A DNA stretch of 62,728 nucleotides, filler included, from Basidioascus undulatus (GCA_000826855.1; 14 parts of 14 records of this genome joined end to end with filler, not necessarily neighbours in it); one strand, 5' to 3'; shown: positions 25,596 through 38,039, numbered from the whole stretch's first letter. Numbers and translations are program-made. Notes: generated from the sequence alone by a model not told the origin.

Positions 25596-26630
25596 TTACC
25601 GACCCAGCGCCGCCCGGGCACCCCTCTCCGCCCTCGCAGCATTGACCAAGCTCGTCCTCCCCGCTCCCCCTGCCCCCACAGTGGTGGGGACACTCTGCAC
25701 TCTCGCCGCCATTGCCGCGCGCTGGGCAGCCGCCTGCCCCACGAGCCCCCCGCGCGCTGCGCCGGCAGTGATGGCGGGGGCGGAGTTCGTCCGCGGCGGG
25801 GCGGGCTTGCGGAGGAAGGGCGAGGGGAGCTCTTCGGCGGGGGCGTTGGCGTAGCACGGCGTGGGCGGCGGAGGGGGGAGGTTTTGCCAGCGTGGGATGC
25901 TGTTGTCCTGTGCCGGTTGCGGGGGAGCGGAAGAGGAAGTAGGGATGGCGGGGACGGGGGGGACATTTTCTGAAGCCAGCGCGACGAGCTTGTGCGCCAC
26001 CGCCGTGGCGCGGAGGTTGCCCAGTGACTTTGTGCCTACACATCGGCCGTCAAGCGGGGAGGGGGTGCTGAATTGCTCGGAGGAGAGGGGCTTGGTCGGC
26101 GTGTCGTCGAGGATGATGCGGGAGAGGACGAAGGGCGCGGGCGCGGGCGTGGGCACGGCGGTGGCGGCGGCAGTGGTGATGATGTTGGATGAACTGCTAG
26201 CGGACCAGAAGCAGGCGTGAGTATGCGTTTGCGAGGAAGCCTAGGAGACGGCATGAGAAGGAACGCGCACCCGCGTCGGTCCGCAAGCGGGTTCCGCTCC
26301 TCCTCCCTCTCCCTCTCTCTCTCCTTTCCCAGCGCCTCCCTCTCCCTAACCAGCGCCTCCCCCACCCTTCTCTGCACCTCCTCCTCCACCGCCCTCTCCA
26401 CGCCCCTCATCCTCCGCTCAACCTCCTCCTGCACCCGCCGGTCCACCTCCGCGCGCGCCCAGCTCTCAAACGCCGCCTCCCGCTCGAGCACGCGCTTCTC
26501 GCGCTCCTTGAGCGCACGCTGCTGCGCCGCAATGGCCGATGCGTGCCGCGAAAGCTCCGACGCGCGCGTCGCTTGCTTCACGAGCGGGTGGTCGAGGATT
26601 TGAGGGGCCGAGGGGCGGTCGCGGGGCTGC
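25596..26630 (-). CDS. NimA/NEK-like kinase, C-terminal portion
   Basis: Kinase subdomain XI end PRDRPSAPQILDHPLVK, followed by a long coiled coil and C-terminal EELPSPFLRK. The catalytic core lies beyond the contig end. Confidence 0.7.
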
Positions 26631-26838
26631 GGAGCGGCGCGGGGAGAGGGAGGAGGGAGCGTGGAGGAGGGTCAGGCTTGGAGAGGGAAGGGGAGGAAGA
26701 GAGGGAGGGGAGGAGGGGGAACGCGAACGCACGTTGGGNNNNNNNNNNNNNNNNNNNNNNNNNNNNNNNNNNNNNNNNNNNNTTAATTAATTAANNNNNN
26801 NNNNNNNNNNNNNNNNNNNNNNNNNNNNNNNNNNNNNN

Positions 26839-29754
26839 TGGAGGACGCGGCAGCCTCGCGATGCTCGCCCTCGAACGAGACTTTGCGCCGCTCCGTGCCG
26901 CGTGCTGGAGCAGCAGCAGCAGCAGCAGCGAGGCGCGCCCCCTCCTCGGACGGCCCGGGAGAAGGCGTCGTCGCAGCGAGCGCGGCGGCCTCTTCCTTGC
27001 CCTTCTCCATCGCGCCCTTGATCCGGGACATGAGGTCGTCGAGCGCGGATATCTGCCGCACCCACCCACCTCATCAGCTTCATACGTTGTTCGCATGCCA
27101 TGTCTGAAGGAAAAAAACGAACTCGCTGCGTAGGAAGCTCGCCCTTCGCGCCTGCCCTCCCGCCCGCCGTCGGGGACGGTGCCTTTGCAGGCGCACCCTC
27201 CCCGCCGAGATGGGGCGGCGTAGCTCTGGGGTCAGCCGCGCTCTTCGCCGCAGCGTCCAGCAGCTCCGCCTGAGACGGAAGGGACTGCCTGTTGCGGCGC
27301 CACGGCCCAGCGTCGTCGGCGGCGGCCGGGGTCGCAGCAGGAGTCTGCTTGGGCGGGGACGGGGCGGCGTCGCTCGGGCGGCGTGTCGAGGCAGCAGCAG
27401 CAGCGACAGGCGGGGCGGGGACGAAAGGCCGTGCGGAGCGATCCTCGTGCGAGGGCCGCCGAGAGCGCCACGAGTCCTCCTGCGGGCGTTCGCGCTGCAA
27501 GATCGCTTTCGGCTGCTGCTGCTGCTGTTCCGGTGGTGCAGCAGCCGCTGCCGCCGCCGGCGCCTCCTTCGCCTTCGCCTTCATCTTCTCCTCGAGCTCG
27601 GCCGCCTTGCGGCGCGCGCGCTCCTGCGCAGCGAGGCGCTCCGCCTCCTCCTGCTCGCGCCGGCGCTTCGCCCGCTCCGCAGCGGAGTGCATCTCCGTCT
27701 TTTGCTCCTCCTCGAGGTCCGCGGGCGTGAGCGTCGCGCTGGGCGCGGGGAGCGCAGCGGCCGCGGCGAGGGGCGCGGAGGTATCTGCGAAAGCGGGCGT
27801 GGCGAGCGCGGGGGTGGTGTGCGACAGACGTCGAGCGGGGACGTGTGCCGTCTGGGGGCCGTTATCGAGTCGGACGGAAGGTCTCCGGATGGGACTGCGC
27901 TCGCGCTCGTGGTCCCAGACCGACGGCCGGCGCTGCTTCTCCCTATCCAAGGCAGCTGCAGCAGGGTCAAGGTGAGGCGGGACGGCGTGCTCGAACGCGC
28001 CCGTCCGTCCGGCCGTGGCGCCGGCGGAGGGCCGCCGCCCGCGCTGGATCGCAGCGGGGTTGCCGACGGGGTTGGACGCCCTGCTGGCGGGGGCGATGGA
28101 CGCGGGAGCGTGTGCCGGCGCGGGCGCCTCGAGGCGGTTTGAGCGCTCGTTGAAGAGCGCGCGCCGGGAGGGGTCCGTGGGCGACTTAGCGGGCCATGAG
28201 CGGTCAAAGTCCTCCGGGAACCGCTCCTCCTTGCTCACGGGCCCGGACTCGCCCTCTGGCGTCGGAGACTCCGCCCCGGCGTGCGGGTCCTCCTGGATCT
28301 TGTACTGCTTCCCGTCGCCGAACTCGACGACTTCGCCGAAGAAGTCGGCATCCTCGTCGTCCATCTGCGAATCACATTGGTGAATGAGATGGGGTGGAAA
28401 AAGGTAAATGGGATGGGGTGGAGAAGCACCCACCTCGTCCCAGTGCGGCGCGTTCGGGTCCAGGTGGTGCCCCTTGAACTTGTCCAATTCCTCCAGCAGC
28501 GCCTGGTTGTGCGCTGCAGCAGCCTCCATCGCCTGCTGCTCTCTCAGCATGCGCGCGCGCTTGCCTACCCCACCCAAACAGCTGCATCAGCTGCGCCCGC
28601 CCGAGCCTCAATGCACTCAAGCACGCACCCTTCATCGCCTCCTGAGCAGTCGGGAAGTCGCCCAAGTCGTCTTCCGCGCCCACGCGCCTGCCCCTGGAGC
28701 CGGGAGTGGGCACAGCGGGCACAGCGGGCACAGCGGACGCGGTGGGCACGGGTGCCCATGCCTTCGGCTTGGACTTGGCCGCTGCTGCTGGGGCGGGCTG
28801 TGCGGTGGCCGGCGCGGGGGATGGGGCGGGAGACGGGCGCGCCCAGGACGTGAGGGGGGGTGAGGGGGTCGCGGAAGTCGCGCCTGCGGATGGGACCTTG
28901 CCGGTGAGGAGCCGGCTGGGTGCGGAAGGAAAGGTAGGGCGTGCTGGAAACAAGCGGGAAGGTGAGTGAGAGTGGTGCCACCGAGAACTCAAGAGAGGGC
29001 GTACCGGTCGTCCCGGAAGTGGCCTTGTTGCCCGTGGGCGTCGGACCGGAGGGGGTCGCCTTGCCGAGGAACTTCTTGTTCAGGTTGAGAGAGGCAAACC
29101 TCTTTGTCGGGTGCGGGTGGGCGGCGGCGGAGGGGGGCAGAGGCGAGATTGAGGGCGGTGGCGGCGTGGCGGTGGTGGTCGTTGCGGGGGACGCGGTCGA
29201 GAGGGGGGAGAGCGCGGGGGAGGGCGCGGAGAGGAGGGCGGACGTCTCGGAGGGCTTGGACGGATTCGGGGTCGCGATGACGGGGGCGGAGGAGGATGTG
29301 GGTTCGGCGGTGGACGACGTCGTCGTCGGTGCGGCTGCTGGTGTGTCTGCGAGCGTACAGCGAGACCCGGCTTCAATAAACGCCTTGGCTGGGAGATACC
29401 CATTGCTTCCCGCTAGCTGAAAAGGACAATGGCGTACCATCGGATGGTTCAGTAATGATGGAAGGAGAGATGTCTCGCGCGGCGGCATCGGGCACTCCGC
29501 CGTTCGCGGCAGGAGCAGCAGCCGGCGCTGGGGGATCGCTGGAGGGGATGTCGGCGTCGGTGGTGTTGTTGTTGCTTTTATGATTTTCTGTGGGTATTTG
29601 TGATGGAGGTGCGTCGGCGTCGCCGGACCCCCGCTGCTGGGTCGCAGCGGCGGGGGCCAGCGCGGGGTGCGCGTCGGGTTCGGGCCTGGGCGAGTCGTTC
29701 AGAGGCGCGGATGGGGCGTGCGGGGGGAGCGGATTGATTGAGGGGTTCGTCGTT
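26839..29754 (-). CDS. Large low-complexity conserved fungal protein (possibly PRRC2/BAT2-like), partial at both ends
   Basis: Islands KRFASLNLNKKFL, DFPTAQEA, HLDPNAPHWDE|MDDEDADFFGEVVEFGDGKQYKI, and coiled coil MHSAAERAKRRREQEEAER. The family name is inference. Confidence 0.6.
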
Positions 29755-29854
29755 NNNNNNNNNNNNNNNNNNNNNNNNNNNNNNNNNNNNNNNNNNNNTT
29801 AATTAATTAANNNNNNNNNNNNNNNNNNNNNNNNNNNNNNNNNNNNNNNNNNNN

Positions 29855-31154
29855 CGACCCCACCTCCGTAACCCCGTCGCCCGCCTCCCCCCGGGCCTTC
29901 CTCCACTCCGTCGTCCCGCTCTGCCGTCCCCTCAGCTCCTCCCTTTCCGCCTGGTCCAGCCTTCCCCGCTCATCATTCAACCACGCTTCCTCCACCCTGT
30001 CCTCCTCCAGCGCCTTCCGCTCTTCCGGCGTGCGCCCCGCGCGGCGGCGGGTCGTAATCTCCGCCAGCGTCTGAGCCTCCCATTTAGTCTAGCACAGACG
30101 AGGGACGTGAGGAAGAAGGGGAACGTACCGCAGAAAGCTCGAACTCCTCCCACCGCCCCCTCCTCCGCCCCTTCCCCCGCAGGACATATCCCCGGCTCAC
30201 ATCTGCCGCGCCGTCGGTCCCGAACGCGAGGCAGTAGCTCATCGCCTTCCCCCAGCCTTTGGCGTACAGCAGCGGCTGGTCGGTCACGCCCTCGGAGGGG
30301 TCGACGTGAATGAAGCGGTTGCGGGTGGGGGAGAAATACTGCGGGGGAGGGAATACGTAAGAGGGGGAGGAGAGAGGAGAGAGAGGGGAGAAGATGTACT
30401 TCGTTCCAGACGTGATCTTCGGCGTTCCAAACTGTGAGGGGAAAGGAGCATTCGAAAGGGAGGGATGGAGGTAAGTGCGGAAGGAAGAAGACACACCGTA
30501 TCGCGCTCTCAACCCGACGGCCCGCAGAAAGAGCATGAACAAGTTCGCGAACTCGCCGCAGCGACCTCTCCTCTCCCTCATAAGCACCCTCAAATCACTG
30601 TCCCCCCCACTCCGAATCAGCATCTCTTCCTCACTCTCCCCAAGCGATTCGACGCACTTGTATCTCGCGAACCTCTCCACGCCCCCATCCGCCCTCTTCC
30701 ACAGCTCGACCCTCCCCGCGCCGCCCTTGCGCTCCTCCTCGAACGGCTCCGCCATTCCGACCATCGCACTCCCCTCCCCACCCACCGGGTCCGCCCACTG
30801 CATAAAGTCCGCCTTGAACCATTCTGCGAGCGCCCGCGCGAGCGCGTCCTCCAGCGGGAGGGAGGGCGTGGACTCGGCGCGATCGTAGAGCTCTTGGAGC
30901 GGGATTAGGGAGAGCGCTGCGTCCTTCGCTTTCGGGGGTTAGTGGAAAGGAGAGGGGAGGGAGGAGGGGGGGAGAGGGGAAGGAGGAAGGCGCACCAGGA
31001 GGGAGGTGTCCTCGTACTTGTCGATCCCGCTGTCGAGCCCGGAGAGCGTGCGCTGGAGGTCGGCCTTGCGCCGGGCGTGGGCGCGCAGGACTCGGCGCGT
31101 CGCGAGCGCCAGGAGAGAGGGCGTCCAGGGCGGGAGGGGAGGGACGGGCGCCAT
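29855..31154 (-). CDS. PNG1: Cytoplasmic peptide:N-glycanase
   Basis: WFKADFMQW, RRGRCGEFANLF, ARY|VWNAEDHVWNE|YFS, HVDPSEG..DQPLLYAKGWGK, GRQSGTTEWRKARGE. The stop codon lies beyond the contig end. Confidence 0.93.
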
Positions 31155-33134
31155 AGAGTAGGAAAGTGTAGAGATCGATGGGTTGCAAGTCGGGGTCGCA
31201 GTGCGCACAAGGCGTGGACTACCACAAGGCGACTTGACTGCGCACTCTGCACACGACGAACAATTAGCTGCTACAGCGCATCAAGCGCACTTACCTCCGG
31301 ATGCCATGAAGAAGCTAAAGACTTATTTTCCATATACCAGGAGTTTCTAGGAGTTCATGTCTTGCCGACCAAGCTGACCCAGTCAAAAGTGGGGGGATTC
31401 CCTGTGCACAGCGGGCGGCCATGGCGAGCATTGCGTCATCCCCCCTCTGGTCCTTTCATCCGCCTCATGCAGCAAATCTGCGGGGTCCAAGCTGTTGAAA
31501 ATTTTAGACATATCTCAGGACCTGAGGGAAGAAAAGTCACGAGGGAGCGACGTGGGCACACTCACACATTGTTGTTGCACAGCAACACCACCCTCTACAG
31601 AGCGCACAGATCGCCGTCCCAGCTTCAAAAGTCCCCCTTTTCCGAATGTTATGTGAAATACATTTCAGTCATCTTAGACGGCCAGGCGTGAACTGTGTAT
31701 GAAAGCTTCAGAAGAGGGATGGGACCAGGATCTGCAAGGACTGCAAAGCGACGCACTCTGCAGGCCTCCTCCCTACCCCGGCAGCACGAAAAAATCAAGC
31801 AGAGTGGAGCTTCCAGATAGGCATGGCTATGTCGATGCTGCATGCGAGGCGGGAACATATCCAGCAACTCGGTACGAACACCCGGGCCGTCCACCTCTTC
31901 TTCTTGCAGCGCATCAACCGGCGCGGGCGAAAGTACTCCTCCCAAAGAAAATATTTATCACCGCGTCTGCGCCGTTCAATGATCGGCGCCGCCTCTCTCT
32001 TCCCCGAGCTTCATTTTCCACACTGCGGCCGCAGCAGCCTGAGTCGGGCCTTCTCCTCGCAGAACAAGCTCTGAAAGCTGACATGTTCCGCCGCGAGTCG
32101 CGCACACATCGCACATCTTGTGCGATGAAAGCTGGGCCACATCATCGCTTTTAAATACGCACGATAAATAGGACTAGAGGTTGGAGGAGCGAAGAGGCTG
32201 TCTAAGCCAGGCACAGCGTGCGCCGCCAAGCGCCTAGCTGGAGGGGCGGGTTCGAGCAGGGCAGCGCGTTGAAATGCATGGGTCGATCCCGGGGGGTCTT
32301 CCTATGTTTTTTGTTTTCGAGATCTGTATGGGGTGTTGAAGAGAGGAGGATGATTGTTGAGGGAGATCTGCAAGGTTGAGGGGAGAGTGGCGAGCGTCAG
32401 TATGTTCCTTCAGACAGGGCGCGACAGCTCAGGTCAGGCGGACCCTGGAATTGGTTTGGCGCGTCGACATCATTCGTTACTCTCGTCGTGCTCGGCAGTG
32501 CAGAGGTACACCGGCGCACGTAGATCCCGGCCACTCTCTAGCACTCTCCAGCAGCCTTCCTTTCAGTCATTCTTTTCGCATTTTCGTCCCTTGTCCCGCG
32601 ACAGATCGTGTATACGGAACGGGGGTGTTTCGTGTGTAGGAAGCAAAAGCAATCTGCCCTTGCAGCCGACACAAAACACCGCTTCCCTTGCCTTGCGACT
32701 GTCGATCGCTCCAGCTCGTTTCTCTAGGCACGGCACCGCACGACGCCCTCGTCCGCTCCTCCTCCCCCTCNNNNNNNNNNNNNNNNNNNNNNNNNNNNNN
32801 NNNNNNNNNNNNNNTTAATTAATTAANNNNNNNNNNNNNNNNNNNNNNNNNNNNNNNNNNNNNNNNNNNNGGCGTAGGGGGTGCCCATTTGTAGGCGGGA
32901 GGAGGAGTAGGGCAGGAAGAGATGGTGGTGATGGGTGGGAGGCAAGTGGAAGGTAGGTAAGGGGAAGGCACGGAAGGCTTGAATGAAAGCACGCGCCGCG
33001 TGCATGCTGTCATTGGACATTGATCCTCGTCCTCATCTCCTTGGTCTGGATCTCCTTGATTCTCATCACCAATATTTCCCTAATTCTTGATTTTTATTCA
33101 CTTCACCTCCCCAATACACACTCATTACATTCAA

Positions 33135-34003
33135 ATGTCCGAAGTGATCCTCAGCGTGTCCCACCTCTCCGGGGGCACCACCTCCTCCGCGCCCCTCTTC
33201 TCGTCCCTCACCTTCGATCTACACGCCCACGAAATCATTGCTCTTTGTGGCCGCTCAGGTAGCGGGTGCGTCCTCCTCCTAACCCCCATCCCCTCTCTCT
33301 TACCCTCCCCCTCCCACAGGAAAACCACCCTCCTCAAGACGCTCTCCTCCCTCCTCCCGTCCATCTCGGGCTCCGTAACCCTCCCCTCCGCCCCCGCGCT
33401 CCCCGCACCCCAGTACCGCGCCCGCGTCCTCTACGTGCCCCAGCGCCCGGCACTCCTCCCCGGCACGCCGAGGGAGTTTGACGCGCGCGTGAGGGGGTTC
33501 GCGGCGCACCGCTTGCGCGCGAAAGAGGGGAAGGCGGTGAGGGATCCGGTGCAGATTGCGGAGGCATGGGGAGTGGGGAAGGAGCTATGGGACCGCGAGT
33601 GGGCGGTTCTGAGCGGGGGGGAGGCGCAGAGGGTCGCTTTGGCGATTGCCGTCGGGTTGGGGCCGGAGGTGCTGCTGCTGGATGGTGCGTCCCCTTCTTG
33701 CCTCTCTCCTATCTTTCTTCTCCCGCCCCCCTCTCCCTTCTCTTCCCTCTCTTCCTCCCCTTGAATGGCACTGACCGACCAACACCCGCAGAGCCCACCT
33801 CCGCCCTCGACGCGCACAGCACCTCCCTCGTGGAGCGCACTCTGCTAGGCCTCCCGCCCGACCCATCCACCGACTCCGCCCCGCTCATCCCGCGCATCAC
33901 CTCGCTGTGGATCACGCATTCGTCCGAGCAGGAGCAGCGCGTCGCGGATCGGGTGCTGGATCTGGGAGAGGGGACGCTGAGGTATGCGGCGGAGGCTGTG
34001 TGA
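33135..34003 (+). CDS. Stand-alone ABC ATP-binding protein (FetA/YbbL/STAR1-like)
   Basis: Walker A GRSGSG|KT, Q-loop YVPQRP, signature LSGGEAQR, Walker B LLLD|EPTSALD, H-loop WITHS. Two introns and no TM domain. Confidence 0.9.
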
Positions 34004-34351
34004 GGTATACTCGGTCGGGAGCCCCGGGGCTTTTTTCTCTGGATCGGAAGGAGGAATAGATACACATGGGCATGTGGACTTGATTTATATGTTCTTCATT
34101 TACACATCTATGATTTCCTGCCTGCTACGCTATTTACGCAATTTGCCAACTTGCCAACCCTTCAATGTGCAGCCAAATTCCACCCCCAAACCGATCGCGC
34201 AATCGTTCCGCCAATCCGCCGCTGCCCAAGGTCTCCACTCAATTGCCTGCCGCGCTCACTTGTCTTCTCCCTTCACGCTCGCGTCTTCCTCTCCCTTCCT
34301 CCTATACCTTCTCCATCTCCTCTTTCTCTCTCATCCTCCTCTTTCAGCAAA

Positions 34352-35780
34352 ATGGTCCTCCCTCGTACAGCTGCTGTTGCCTCCCGCGCCCTCACCCGCG
34401 GCCTCGCCACTGCCACCCCCAGCGCCGCCTCGTCGGGGCACCACAAGGTGCTTGTTGTCGGTGTAGGTCTTCTCCCTCCCCTTCCCCTTGCCACACAAGA
34501 AAGGAAGGCTGATGGGACTGAGGGTGGTGTGGGATGGGGTGTGGCGGGATGGTAGGCGGGTACCGGTGGTATCACCGTCGCTGCGCAGCTCGCGCGGGCG
34601 TTCAAGGCGGAGGGGCGCGAGCTGGCGGAGGGGGACATTGCCGTTGTGGATCCGGCGGAGTGGCACCACTGTGCGTCCATCCTCGATCTTCCTTCCCCTT
34701 GCCCCCATTCCCCCATCTCCTTCAACCCCCTTTCCTCCCAACCTCCCAACCTCCCGACTCCCCGACCCCCAATCCCCTCGCTATCCACTTTCTTTCTCCC
34801 TCTCTCCCTCCCTCCGCTCTCCTCCCATCTCTTCCCCCTTCCCAACTCTCCCCCACCCCCCACCTCCTATTTCCACCACGCGAGCGCCAAACCACGAAGA
34901 AGAAGGAAAGGCTGAGTGTAACGTACTTTGATGGGACGACAGACCAGCCCGGCTGGACCCTCGTCGGCTCCGGCCTGGCTGACAAGCAGTCCCTCCGCCG
35001 CCCCGCGGCGAGCCTCGTCCCCGAGGGCGTTGCGCACGTCCCGCTCGGCGTCAAGTCGTTCGCGCCGAACAGCAACACCATCACGACGAGCGAGGGGACG
35101 ACGCTTTCGTGAGTCTTTCTCCCTCCTCCCCACACCCCAACCTTCTTCCCCTTCCTCCTCCCCGTCCCTCGCTCCTTGCCCCTTGCTCCTTGCCCGGGAG
35201 AGGAGGAAGCCAGAGAAGAGAACGAAGAAAGCTGATGGGGGGATCGTGGGCAGGTACGACTACCTCGTCGTCGCGCCCGGGCTCTCGACGAACTGGGGCG
35301 CCGTCAGCGGGCTGCAGGACGCGCTCGTCCAGCAGGACTCGGGCGTGAGCTCCATCTACGCGTACGACACCGCCGACAAGACGTGGCGGGATGTCCAGAA
35401 GCTTAGCGAGGGGAAGGCGGTGCGTTTCCGTCTTCCCTTCTCCTTTCTTCCCCCTTTATCGTTTTCCTTTTTCGGCTTCCTCCCTCGTCCCCCTTCCCTC
35501 CTTTCTTTCTTTCTTCGCTCTTCAAACTCTCCAACCCCGAACGAGCTAGAGTGGCGTGGCGTGTTCTGGTGTGGTGTGTGGGTACTGATTGCATATGGGG
35601 CATGGGACAGATCTTCACCCAGCCCGCAGGCATCATCAAGTGCGCAGGTGCCCCGCAGAAGGTCATGTGGATGGCGCACTCGACGTGGAAGAACGCCAAC
35701 GTGCGTGACGCGATCCAGCTCTCGTTTGCGACTGGCGCGCCTAGTACGTTTTCCCCATCCTTCTCCCCCATCCCCACTTT
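34352..35780 (+). CDS. SQOR: Mitochondrial sulfide:quinone oxidoreductase (hmt2/SQOR), 3'-truncated
   Basis: Presequence, HKVLVVG..GTGG, YQPGWTLVGSGL, YDYLVVAPGL, IFTQPAGIIKCAGAPQK. Confidence 0.92.
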
Positions 35781-35880
35781 NNNNNNNNNNNNNNNNNNNN
35801 NNNNNNNNNNNNNNNNNNNNNNNNTTAATTAATTAANNNNNNNNNNNNNNNNNNNNNNNNNNNNNNNNNNNNNNNNNNNN

Positions 35881-37655
35881 CCCATCACGTAGTCGTCCCA
35901 GCCCATAGCGCCGCTCACGTCCCAGTCGTCCGCCGTGCCCGCGCCGACACCCCCAAAGCTGAGCTCGCGCTTCACCCGGCGCGCAGCCTCCACGTCCTCC
36001 TCCTCCTCCTCCCCCTCCTGCTCGATCCGCGCGCGCTTGCTCGGGGAGTCCCCGGCAGGGCTGCGCGGGCGCCGAAGGCACGTGCTGGGCACGACGAACA
36101 GTGCTGCGAGCTCAGGCGCGAGGAGGCTGGGGGGAGCGGCGTTGAGGGTTTGGTTCCCCTTGTCGTCGGTCGAGGAGGGGAGGAAGTGCGCGAGCGGATC
36201 GGCGACGATCGAGAGGTGTGCGAGGAGAGCGCGCGAGCGCGGGAGGTACCGCTCGGAGCCGAGCGTCAGGGCGACCTCGGCCCGGCCCGGCTGCCGAAGA
36301 CTCTGGCTCCCCTGCGACGCGCCTGGCTGGCCCGGCGCGCGCCCTTGCAGCTCGATCTGCGCGTCCAAAATCTGACGCTTTCGAGAGGGGGCCGTCTTCA
36401 CGGTGGGGGTCTTGTTCTTCTCCTCGATCGCTTGGCGCGTGCGCGGCGTGAGGGCAGCGGAGTCGGTCGGGGTGGGCGGGTTGGAGGCTGTGTGCATCGT
36501 CAAACGTTTTGTTGTCAGTATTACGGCGTGTGAAGGAAGAGGTCAGATAATGAGGACGCACGGGAACGGGAACGGCGCTCGTCGCCGGGCTGAGGAGTCT
36601 TGTCGCGCTCGAGCGCAGGCGGGCCGTCGTCGAACGGGTTCGCATCGTCAAAGTTGAACCCGAGGTCGATCCCACCGTCGAACGCGCCCTGGTCGTCCCA
36701 GTCCATCTTCATCCCCCCCTCGTCCTGGGGCCAGTCGTCCGCGGCCGCTGCTACGGACGCACGGCGCTTCTCCTCCATCCCGAACGGCTCAACGCTCTCG
36801 CGCCTCCGGCCCTGCTCGACGCTGCCCTCGCGCTCCTTGCCGGCGCCGCCGAACTCGGAGCCGAGGATGGACTCGCGCGCGGAGCGCGCGACGGACGAGT
36901 CGCGACGGCCGTGCTCGACCGACATGTCCCCGAAGTCGAGGTTGAGGTCGAAGTCCTGCGTTCCGATCCCGCCGGAGAAGGACGCGTCGAAGTCCAGCCC
37001 GTGCGAGCCGAGGAGCGGGTCGTTGTACGCGAAGGTGCCGAAGGCGTCGAAGTCGGAGGAGGGGAGCGTGATGTCCCGCGCGGCGACGGTGTTGCGCGTG
37101 GAGGGGTAGATGCGGACGTCGACGTCCCTGATCGCCCATCGACATCTCATTTCAGTCTCGCTATCCTTCCCCGAGCTGGTAGCAAGGAAAGACGAGCTCA
37201 CCAGCCGCCAAATCCCAACCCGCCATCGTCGTCCCACATGGTATCCTCCTGGAGGGTAATCGCGTCCTTGCGCGCGACGAGCTGGTCCTCGGCCATGTCG
37301 ACGACGCCCTGGCCGGGGCGGAAGGCGGTGCGGAGCTTGGTGAGCGCGTCGGTGCAGTCCTCGAGGAGGTAGCGGGCCTTGCGCGAGTAGATGCGCGTCA
37401 CGCCGAGGAGGAGCTGGCCCGACATGCGCAGCGCCATCGGCTCCACCGCGGAGGGGTTCAGAATAACCTCTAAGGCAGCAAGGGGTCAGCGAGGAGAGAA
37501 AGGGGAAAGGGAAGGCGACGGTTGCACGCACCGACCGACTGGGCAATGTCAGTGTTGATCGCCTCCTTCTTTGACAGTTTCTTCTCGAGGTGCGCTGCGA
37601 TCCAGACGCGAGCGAGCGGCCCGCGCTTGGAGAGGATCATGTCCGAGTAGAACAT
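35881..37655 (-). CDS. rad21: Cohesin kleisin Rad21/Scc1, 3'-truncated
   Basis: MFYSDMILSKRGPLARVWIAAHLEKKLSK...MALRMSGQLLLGVTRIYSRKARYLLEDC (Rad21/Rec8 N-terminal domain). Confidence 0.95.
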
Positions 37656-37809
37656 CGCGGGCGGGGGTGCCGGTAGCTGGTGTAGATTAGGATAGGATGG
37701 AGTACGAAAGCAAGGATATCGGGGATAGCGTGAAAGCAAAAAGCAATGACGAGCAAGAAGGCAGGAACGGCGAGGACGAACAAAGTGAAGGGAGGAGCGA
37801 GCGATGAGG

Positions 37810-37889
37810 ACGCGCGTGAGGGGCGAATCGAAGGCGCGCGGCTCTGAGATATTGTTGAAAGACTCTCGACGCGTCACGTCAACGTGACG
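37810..37889. promoter_or_regulatory. Candidate MCB elements and a palindrome upstream of rad21
   Basis: ACGCGCGT at 37810, ACGCGT at 37869 and an overlapping inverted repeat CGTCACGT-CA-ACGTGACG, 155-235 nt upstream of the ATG. Confidence 0.35.
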
Positions 37890-38039
37890 GCTGAAGTCTG
37901 ACAGGAGGAGGTCAAGCACAGCCTCGCTCGATATTAAATGAGCAAGATAAGACGTTAAGGTTGGGAGATGGTTGTAGATGCAGCGGCGAGTGCCAGTGCG
38001 GATGCGGGCCGGGCCCGCGGTGGGTATGGAGCAGCTGAG

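Noticed and set aside
21497..29420. Many long antisense or alternative-frame ORFs
   Set aside because: These are shadow ORFs expected from high GC3 over real coding exons.
33135..35780. ABC ATPase plus SQOR as a metal/sulfide detoxification pair
   Set aside because: They are adjacent on one contig, but two-gene adjacency alone is not evidence without conserved synteny.
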